NCBI RefSeq assembly: GCF_000743755.1
Contig: NW_014569427.1
Span: 1 to 32,117, forward strand
Reading direction: 5' to 3'
Source: Blastocystis sp. subtype 4
Lineage: Eukaryota
Length of the DNA: 32,117 nt
The notes beneath the pieces were generated by a model that searched no databases, had not been told where the DNA came from, and saw only the letters and a list, made by a program, of their open reading frames with translations. Numbering within the stretch: position 1 is the first letter of the stretch; every line of letters begins with the position of its first letter. A program made the translations under genes and the position numbers. Below are positions 22,549 to 32,117 of this stretch, piece after piece.

Positions 22549-25500
22549 ATGTCATTCGTATCATTTTGAAATTATTAAGTCTCATTATAATAGGATCAAA
22601 TCGATTTCATTCTTCGTGAGATTGCCCTTCATTGTGTTGAAGGAAAATCTTTGTCAGAAGTGTTAAATTGGATTATAGTATCAGATGAGTATCGAAATTG
22701 GAGTGAATTGACTCTCTAGACGACAAAAACCATTTCTACAACGTTGTATTTGGAATTCTGTTCGGAACAATCCTGATATCCTTATTGTACCTCAAGATAG
22801 TGCTGTTTGTCTTGAGTTTTGTTTCAAATCTAGTTGACTCCTACTATTGAAACTGTGAATACAGATGGAATTACTCTCTTCTGTTCAAAACGATCTCATT
22901 ATTCTGCTTTGGGTCTAAGTGAGTCTGATCTATCCAGACTTCCTCCTCCTCTTCTACAATTATTGGAAGTCAGTGTAGAAAGACTATATAATCATCAGAT
23001 GATTGCTGCTTCTCGTTTTGAAGGTGAGAGTGTCAGTAAACTCTCAAAGGCAACAAATCTTGAATTGAAGACTGTTCATCTCTATGTAGATATATTGGAA
23101 ATAGATTGATTTCAAGATCAAACGTTGTGTATTATTGGGTTTGGTAGTGAAGGAACGTCAACTCACAATGAAGTACTATTTCTTGTTGAATATGTTATCT
23201 GAAGAAAGAATAAAGATGGATATGGAATAACAGGTCGAATGGTCTATCTTCCTTGTTATCGTCCCTATTATCTTGATTCACTTACCTCTCCATTTCAGAA
23301 AGAATGTGTTCAACTAGTGGCTCAATTCTTCCAACACTCTCAGTCTTCTGTGAGCTCTTTGACTACAATTCTCGCTGCCTCTCAACTTTCCTTGAATTCT
23401 CTGGATTCTGTTTATGAATCTCTTCGTGTTCTTCGTCCTGAGTGTGGAATCATCATCAACAAAGAAGCAGATGAATATCAAGTGAAGTTTGATCGTAATC
23501 AGTAGAAAGAGAAGAATTCAAATGATTCATAGATATGAGGCTATGGCAAAGCTTCAGAAAGAGATAGATCCAGATTCTGATGATGAACCAACACAAACAA
23601 CTCCTCGTGAGATTGTTCCAATAAAGAAGCCATTCTCATTAATGACACTTCTGGTTCATCTGCTACGTTATTCTTCAGAACCAGGAATATCTCGTACTCA
23701 GTTGTCTGTTATCACCAGTTGGCCTATTAAACGCTTAGCTTCACGGTTACGTCAATTGGAAACAGATGGAGTGATTCGTTCTCAATTAAAGAATTATGGT
23801 CGTAAATTCGTGGAGGAATGTTCTTTGGTGGAACGAAATATGGAAGTATCAATTCCAGATTCATCTTCTATCTACAAGAACTCAACTAAACGATTATCTG
23901 ATGTGGCAATCACTCGTCGACAATTGCTATTGGACCTTGTTGGAGTAAAGTGGAGATATGATTGAATAGATGAAGATCCATCCTGTGTTGTTAGTTCGAG
24001 ATATCCAACAAGCCTTTCAGTCAGATTGATGAGAAATATTGAGATGTAGAGATGTATCTCCTGATGTCAAGGTTGATCGGAAGTCTGTGTTATCAACAAT
24101 CAATTTGTTAGAAAAGGAAGGATCTGTGAAGCAAATCACTATTCAAACTGTGAATCCTGAGAAACCGAGTGAATCTCATCTTATAAAGATTCCTCTAGTC
24201 ACTCGACCTGAAGTAGATGAAACACAACCTGAAGTAAAGATAACGGAATCTTTGACATACAGATTACTAATGCTGTTGATAGATTCTTTGATCTCAAAGC
24301 AAAGACTTATGAAAACATGAAACAGGAAGCTGCCAAAGCAGTTCTAAGAGAATGTTCTTCTCCTCTTACTCCTACTGTAGTCCGTATCTATGCAGTGTAT
24401 CTGTTGTGTATCACTTTCCTTCAGAACAAAATGAATGTGAATGATGAATCGGATGAAGTGTTGAATCGAAAGGAATTGCTTCTTGGAATAGGAGATTCTG
24501 TCATTCAGGCTTTGTATGGAACTCTAGAAGACACAGAAAGATATCTTCAAGAGGATCTGAATACATTAGTAGTAAGGAAGGATGGGGTTATTGAATGATA
24601 GGATCTGGGCATCATATATCCAGATTCCATATCAGAGATAGAAGGGAATGGATCTATTGATAAGTTTCGAATACCTCCAATGTTGAATGTAAAGGATAAA
24701 GAAGAGACAGAATTCATGTTGGAGAATAGAGAGAGATAAATGATAGATTTGAAACAAAACGACCTGAAGTGATGACCAATTTGATGCGTGCATTCATAGG
24801 AACAGCTCATAATCAAATCGAATTGTAAAAATTCATAGTTATTATCAGAATAGAAAGGATGGAAATGCTCCTGGAATTGATTGCTCTATGCTTCCTCGAG
24901 CTCAATCTCACTTTCAACAATGGATTGATGACTTGGGTGGTTAGAGATATCTCTGCCTTTAATGTATAGATTCATGTCCAGCAGTCCGTTTGAATACAAT
25001 TCATCCAGTTCATCTGAAAAGATCTATTGATATGTAGTTACTGAGTTCCTTCTATCAGAGAAGTCGAAGTCTATTACGTACTTTCACCAAAACACTTAAG
25101 AAATCGGAAGGAGAGGAAGTTCCATTCATCTGTGATGTGTCTCGATTGTTGGGTCAACGAGCTTCTGTACGACGACCAAAAGAAGAGAAGGATGAAGAAG
25201 AACCAAAGAAGAAACGACAACGATATGAACCAATAACACATCGAGTAAACAAGAATGCAAGTGTTTGGGATAATAATGAGAATGAATATGATGAATCGAT
25301 AGAATGTGAAGATCGGGTGAATGAGTTGAAAATGAAAGAGATTCTCATTCGTAGAATCTTAACCAATTCTGAGAATACTCTTCTCTTCCTTCGATCAACA
25401 ATTCTTCTTGTAATACAGATTCATTCATTTCATAATCAGCTTCTTAGTTTGCGTCGATCTGAAATCTCAGATACAATTCGTCTATCAGATTCTTCTCTTC

Positions 25501-27379
25501 CTTATCGATTATTCACTAGCGTATTCTCTTTTCATATTCTTCTTCATTCTAGACAACTATCAATTATCGATCTCTCTCACAGATTTACAATCGACTTATT
25601 CAAGAAGCACAGAATTCAAATCTTCCTCGAATCTCATCAGAAGTAGCTCATTCTCTCTTCAATCATCTCTTCCCTCATCATCTCTTATCCTCTCCTGTCT
25701 TTCTATCTCTTCATGGTCATTCATTTGGTGAGTCTTCTTATTCATATTCATTTCAGAGGTTGTTATTGACACATTGTATCCTTCTTTCTATCCTTCTCTC
25801 TCTTTCATGCCTCATTCTCAATCATTTCCTCTATCACAACAACAGCAATTGTGGAATGAAGCAATGTCAGAACAAACTCGACTTCGAGTTGCTTTCGTTC
25901 TACAAACACTCTTATGTCTTCTTCGTTTGTATGGAAACAAACAAGCGAATAGTGTTTCAATCTCAGTGTTACGTTCTATCTTTGATGTAAGAAATGAATA
26001 GAAGAATCAGAATTAGAATGCTTCTGAAGAGGAAATGAAGTATGCTTTCTATTATATCTGGAATACGTATCAATTGATAGGAAGTGCTGGAAAAGCAATT
26101 AGTACTTACTATCTGAGTGATGTAAACATACTGAGAGAGATTGAAATCTAGCCTCCAGACTATACAGTATTTCGATGGTTCAATATACAAGGATTGAATG
26201 GATTGAAACAGATTGAACGAGGAGAACGATTAATTGCTCGAGTTGATAATGATTGAATGATATCACAACTAGGGACTCAAATGCTATTCTTTCCAAAATG
26301 ATATTCTCACTAATAAGTATCTTCATTTCCTATCTCCTACAGAATCCAGTTCACAAGAGGTACAAGAAACAAATGATGAGATGAGTCGATATGGATTGGG
26401 TTCCTTAATAACGATTGTGACTCGTATGGCATTAGGAGAACGTCACTTTATAATTGATTATGAAAGTGAATCCTATAAGTCAGAAGTAAGAGAAGGATGA
26501 AGATTTGAATAGTAGACAAATCGATGGGAAGTGAAGATTGATGTATGTGATACAATCCCTTCTCAATGGTTGTATTTGAAGACAGATAAAGAAGAATCAC
26601 TTTCAGAAGAAGATAATACAATTGCTTTGTTAGGAATAATAGAACAAGAAATCCAGAAAGAACGTAGGAATGATTCTTCACTTCAATCATAGCGAAACGG
26701 TATTCTTCTCTCAAACAACTCTTCCCTGATCTCTCTTCTCAATCTCTAAAGAAACTTCTTGAAATTCTTCTTCAATCCTCAAAGATCTATCGATTCATAA
26801 CGTAAATTCTGAAAGGATTTCTCATTCTTAGTCCTTCTGAATGTTTCTTTGTTCATCGTGTATCAGTTCCAGCATGGTCTGTACAAATCAATAATCAGTT
26901 TGTAATACCTTCTGCTACTCTGTGTTTCGTTCGACAAGCTTCTGCATCTCAAATCATAACCAAGGAATCTCAAGCTCCTCTTGTTCAATCAGAGACTATC
27001 AAACAACTGATTCTGAAACGAGTGGCATATTCTGTTGTAAGTAATCCTGGAGTGACACTTGTAAAAGAAGATTAAGACATTCATTCATAGGAACGATTAA
27101 CAAGTATCTTGAATGGAATACTTCCTATGGAAGTGATGATTCTTTGTGAAGAATTGATTCGAGAAGGATTCATGGAATGTCAGAGTGTAAGGAAACCAAA
27201 AGAACTTAGTTGGGAGGAAGAGGTATTCACAGAACCATTGGAAATTCCTTCTCTAGTCGATTTGTAGATAAACATGGATTGGATTAACAAATAGACCAGT
27301 CTTTGAATTGAAGGATGAATTAGAATACTCTTTCTATCCTTCAGCTGATGCATTATTTAGATTGTCTTCTCTCTTTTAA
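22549..27379 (+). CDS. Large intron-rich protein, likely TFIIIC B-block-binding subunit (Tfc3/GTF3C1-like)
   Basis: N-terminus ILREIALHCVEG; LLE(M)IAASRFEG..VSKLSKAT (B-block winged-helix-like); second winged-helix-like segment GISRTQL...RLRQLETDG; KVDRKSV..TINLLEKEG. Continuous + strand exons end in TAA 27377-27379 followed by TGTTTGTT. A single-gene structure is not fully verified. Confidence 0.62.
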
Positions 27380-27389
27380 TCGTTTTAGT

Positions 27390-27397
27390 TGTTTGTT
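27390..27397 (+). terminator. TGTTTGTT polyadenylation element (TFIIIC-like gene)
   Basis: Exact motif 10 nt after the TAA. Confidence 0.75.
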
Positions 27398-27430
27398 ATT
27401 CACTTTCTCTCTTTATCTTCTATCAATATA

Positions 27431-28751
27431 ATGTCTCCACTCCGTATTCGTCGTCCAGATGACTTTCATGTTCATTTACGTGATGGAAACAGTATGGTGT
27501 AAGAAAATAGAAATGGAATTGAATTGAAGTTCATTGGCTCAAGTATCAACAATCTACAAGCGATTCTTAGTTATGCCAAACATCATGCCTGAACCAGTCA
27601 CAACCGTTGAAAAGGTAGAATTCATTGAAATTGAATATAATCATACAGGCAATTGCTTACAAAAAGCGAATTGAGTCCTCCTTACCTTCAGGAAGTGATC
27701 TTCAGCTATTGATGACATTGTGAGATATAAATAGAATAAATTAATTCCTATGTAGATATCTAACAGATAGAACAACACCTGAAGAGATTGAAAGAGCTCG
27801 TGAAAGTGGACTTGTATATGCCTGTAAATACTATCCTGCAGGAGCAACAACTAATAGTGATAAAGGAGTAACAGATATTCATAACGTGTATCCTGTCTTG
27901 GTTATCTTGATCCTTTCACTTCATATGTAGCGTAAGATGGCTGAATTGCATATGCCTTTGTGTATTCATAGTGAAGCAACAGATCCTTCTATTGACATCT
28001 TTGATCGTGAAGCAGCTTTTGTTGAATCAACTCTGAAACCACTTCATGCAGATCTTCCAGATTTGAAGATTATTATGGAACACATCACAACAAAACAAGG
28101 AGTGGACTTTGTTCTAAATGGAGGTCCAAATGTTGGAGGAACAATCACACCACAACATTTGATGTACAATCGCAATAGTGAGAGAAAGAATAATCAAATG
28201 ATAAGTAGATCTGCTTGTAGGAGGACTGAAACCTCATTTCTACTGTCTACCGATTCTGAAACGAGAAGAACATCGTCAAGCTCTATTAGAAGCAGTGAAA
28301 TCTGGATGCAATCGTTTGTTCCTTGGCACAGACTCAGCTCCTCACGCAAGAGAAAACAAAGAGTGTAAGAAGGGATGTGCAGGTATGAATACAAGTAGAA
28401 TATGAAGTAGGCTGTTTCAGTGAATTCATAAGTTTGGAACTATATGCTGAAGTATTTGAATCAATTGGTTGTTTGGATAAATTAGAAGCATTTGCATCGT
28501 AAAATGTGTATTGATAAGATGAGTTTAAGAGAGAATGGAGCTGACTTCTATGGTTTACCTCGAAATGAAGAATATGTTGAATTGAGAGAAGAAGAATGGA
28601 GGTAAGAAAGAGAAGAAAGAGATTGAATGATAGTGTTCCAATGAATTATGAGTTTGGTGATTCAGTAGTAGTTCCTTTGAAAGCAGGAGAGAAACTGAAA
28701 TGGAAGTGTTATCATTCCAATTACTCTGTTTGTTACAGAATTCCTTTTTAA
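27431..28751 (+). CDS. pyrC: Dihydroorotase, monofunctional type II (PyrC/URA4-like)
   Basis: [67 protein letters not shown]. Genomic TAA at 28749-28751, but a poly(A)-completed stop at 28722 is more likely. Confidence 0.93.
28727..28734 (+). terminator. TGTTTGTT polyadenylation element (dihydroorotase), upstream of the genomic stop
   Basis: Motif lies 4 nt after an in-frame T (28722). Confidence 0.8.
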
Positions 28752-28783
28752 GAAACAAATCACATAATCTATCCTAAAAGGAA

Positions 28784-31700
28784 CTAGAACCAAGCACAGA
28801 ATGATGGATTTGCTTGGACTAATAATGACAGGTCTTTGCTTCTACGCATTGCTTCACGCAATTCTTTATCAACCAATTCACGAGAATCAATCTTCCCTTC
28901 AATCAATGGCGCATACTGTGAACCTCGTCTCATCAACATATCCAAACAGTTCTTAAAGGAATCACTCAATTCACGCTCAATCAACATTCGACCTCGTGTA
29001 ACCAAATCCAGATTCTTCTTCTCTAGTACCTTCATATATGGTAACACATAGTCCTCATTCTTCTTGAATGTTAGAGCCAATGCTTCTATAGAGAACTTGA
29101 ATGACCCCTCTTCATAATATTCACCCAAGAAACTCTGGATATTTCGTGTTAATCGTAATGGAACCACAGCCTTATCAAGGATCTGTAACGCATGCTCTTG
29201 AATCACATAGTTTGGATGCAGATTCCGTGTAACTACAGCTCCTGAATGAAGATTCAGCACAATTTGACTTGGAGAATCATTAGGACAACTAACACATCAT
29301 AGGAATGAAACATTACTACGCAACAAAATGATGAATGAATTGACTGTAACCATATTGCTTCGCAAATTCTCCTCGGAACACATACAAATCAGAAAGGGTA
29401 TTAAATTGATTGAATCTATCATCATACTCATTTCATCACACTTACAAGAATCGAGTCAACACATCAGAAGAACACATACTGGATAACACCTTATCACAAT
29501 CATCATCTAATAACCAATCCTTCAAATTTGATGGAATATCTTGATTCTTATGATTCAAGTGAAATACACGAAGAGCAAACTCAAGCTGCTTCTCATCATA
29601 ATCCTTACCAACAACTTCTCTGTATACTCCTTCTAATGCAACACCATGAGAACTACTTCGAACCAAACGAAGCGTAGGAGTAAGAGATACAAATGTTGGA
29701 AGCGTTACTGAGAAATGACGCATCTGAACAACATGAGAAGATCCAAGAAGCATATCCAAAAACACTTGCAAATACAAAGTACGCTCCTCAATTATACTAT
29801 CAACACTATTCACCTGCTCCAAATAGAAACGGAATGAATGACCTTGCTCATCTATCATCTCCACATGACGACAACCATGACATTCAACATATAAACTAGG
29901 CTGGTAACTGTGAATGTTGAGAATGGCTGTGAAGTTCTGGTGTTGATCGTGAGTGGCAATATGGAGACCAGGGACCTCGACGATGTAGGGAAGGAAGCGT
30001 TGAGGAAAAAGCGTTTCATTTGTAATGGATTGAACGTGCTGAAGAGCAAGATCTTTCCATAAGAGTAATCGTTGAAGTAGCTCATTGAGTGAGTGTGGGA
30101 AGGAAGGATTGATTTGAGAGCTATCCTCAGAGAGAGATGGATTGAAATCCTGATTGAAGGCAGATGCAAATTGAGAGAGGAATGCAAATGTGGATGGAAG
30201 AGCAGAATCCAGATTGAAGGAGAGAGAACACAGTGTTGCTAATCGTCTCTGGAGATCAACACTCACAGGATTGGATAAGGCTTGTAATCCTCCAGCAGCG
30301 ACTTCAGAATAAGCGAAACGAAGAATCTGATCAATTGAAGCTATGAGCTCTCGATAAGGATCATGAGGAGTAGCATGCAATGTATCCAAGAAGAGAAGGA
30401 GCTGAGATGGAGTGAGTGAAGGACGATTGAGTAAGGAATTATAGAAGAAGAGTAGCGTCTATGAATGAATTATAGAATATACAGGTACAGAGAGAGTCAC
30501 AATCCGATCAGGAGGACGAACACATTTCTCACTCTACGATTCATTGATACACCAATGACTCCTACCACATTTCCGATTGTACCAGAGTACAGAGTGGTCG
30601 GCTTAGCATAGGTACTCTCACATGGCATACCCTGTAACAGACAGAGAGAATGAAGTGGATAAAACATGACTTGAGGATACTTCCCAATAAGATCCTTCAA
30701 AACGTTTTGGAAGAGAATAATCTGGGCTTCTTTTGGATATGAAAGAATAAATGGAATAAAGGCCAACCAGACATTGATAGGAATACGTTTGATAGCAGTT
30801 GCAACATGTGTAGTGATCACTTGATTATCAAGACATGTCAATATGATATGAAACAGTTTTGGCATCACTTTGTACACATCAACATTCACAGCCAGATAAT
30901 TGGCACAGCAGTTCACACACTGCTTGGCTTCTGCTACTTCGCCCCGTTCACACCATCGTGAATAGCTAATCGTAGCCCATGCTTCCCATGCTTTGGTGTT
31001 CTTGAGATCAACCTGAACAGCTCGATTGAAGCAAGTTATCGCATCGTCTAACTTCTGTTCCTTCTGGAAAAACACTCCCTTGATGTAGTGAATGGAAGAC
31101 TTCTGAGGCTCTTTCAACGAATCCAGTTGGAAACGCTCCAATTCAGCAAAGACAGAGGCATCACAGCAATTCATATCCAGAAGGATGTTGGCTCGTTCCT
31201 TCCATTTATCTAAGTTCTCGAGTAACGATGGTGAGTCTGTAGGAAGCATGTTCAAGTACTCCTGAGCGATATCAGGAAGACCTTGATAGCGAGCAGCTCG
31301 AGCCAACATCACATAACAAAGTGATGGAGTAAGATTTCCATGAGGAGCCTCAGCAGGTATCTTACGAATGAATTCTGTTAACAGATTATATCGCCAGATC
31401 AGAATGTCTTCACATAGAGAGAGGGGATCCCAAGGATTCATGATATAGCTCATCATCTGCTTGAGAATCCCATTTACCTCATCAGTGATACCAAGCGAGG
31501 CTGATTGATTCATCAAGGCTTGAGAGAGAGTGATGTTGTAGTACTGATACGCATTGTGAAAGAGACCATCGTGTTGCGACTGAGGCTGATAGCCAAGCAT
31601 TCGATAGCTCTCTTGAAGGAGATCACTTAAACGGGTTCGATAACGAGTGGCTCCACGTCGAATTGCCTGAATAATATAAAATTTGTCGAGAAGGAGTTGA

Positions 31701-32117
31701 GAACGAATTCGCTGCAAATCCTTCTCAACACTCAGACTACTATTCTGGAATAATGTTGGATATTGACTATTCATTACATCTCAATGACACAAATACTCCC
31801 AAATATTGCACTTCCCATAACAGTCAAGAAGTAGCCAAATATCATGATTCATCTTTCCATATTCAAATAGGAGCTTCCACTTCTTCAGATTATACGCACA
31901 TTCCTTCCATCGCTCTTCCAGAATCTCTAGAGCATCTAGACTTCCTACCACACTTTGGTTCCTCAGTCCTTCCAAATAGGCCATCTCAGCAGCTTGAGGT
32001 TTACCAAAACGCTCCAGAATCATTCCATTTCGTAACTCTGAAATGGGAGTTTCATTCAACATCGCAGCCAGAGCATCATACTCCTGCATCTCAATCTAAT
32101 CATCACATACTCATCAT
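28784..32117 (-). CDS. TRRAP: TRRAP/Tra1-like PIKK-family protein (FAT, PI3K-like and FATC domains; 5' end outside window)
   Basis: LEERWKECAYNLKKW, FAT-domain helical repeats, WLAFIPFIL, YPQVMFYPL, VEVPG, IIEERTLYL, VPLRLTRNIQSFLG and terminal ANPSFCAWF*. No canonical PIKK DRH/DFG motifs seen, consistent with the TRRAP pseudokinase. Confidence 0.82.

Noticed and set aside
27431..28751. Proteobacterial-looking PyrC as a recent lateral transfer
   Set aside because: Type II monofunctional dihydroorotases are also normal in plants, fungi and other stramenopiles; needs a phylogeny before any claim.

Overview
Eukaryotic nuclear DNA, very likely Blastocystis (inferred from ~30-nt GT-AG introns, intergenic spaces mostly under 200 bp, and a TGTTTGTT element just past most stop codons). 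The ORF track is fragmented by these introns. Manual splicing gives about 16 protein genes and 2 tRNA genes. In order: PPP phosphatase (3' end), a small basic/coiled-coil protein, METTL18/Hpm1, DBP8/DDX49, a CDK7-like kinase, DHFR-TS, PCCA, an intron-rich alpha-2-macroglobulin/thioester protein (GCFEQ), a coiled-coil protein, Rab2, tRNA-Pro(AGG), B3GNTL1/QTGAL, CWC27, intron-containing tRNA-Tyr(GTA), ELP6-like, uL30/RPL7-like, a TFIIIC Tfc3-like subunit, type II dihydroorotase and the 3' part of TRRAP. Most notable: (1) a bacterial-type A2M protease trap that has acquired many spliceosomal introns; (2) a tRNA-centred neighbourhood with QTGAL near its substrate tRNA-Tyr, plus ELP6-like and TFIIIC-like genes sharing an identical 16-nt pre-ATG motif; (3) two genes whose stop codon is probably completed by polyadenylation; (4) a speculative HEXIM-like protein. 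Exon boundaries were called by eye and family assignments from recalled motifs; no searches were run.
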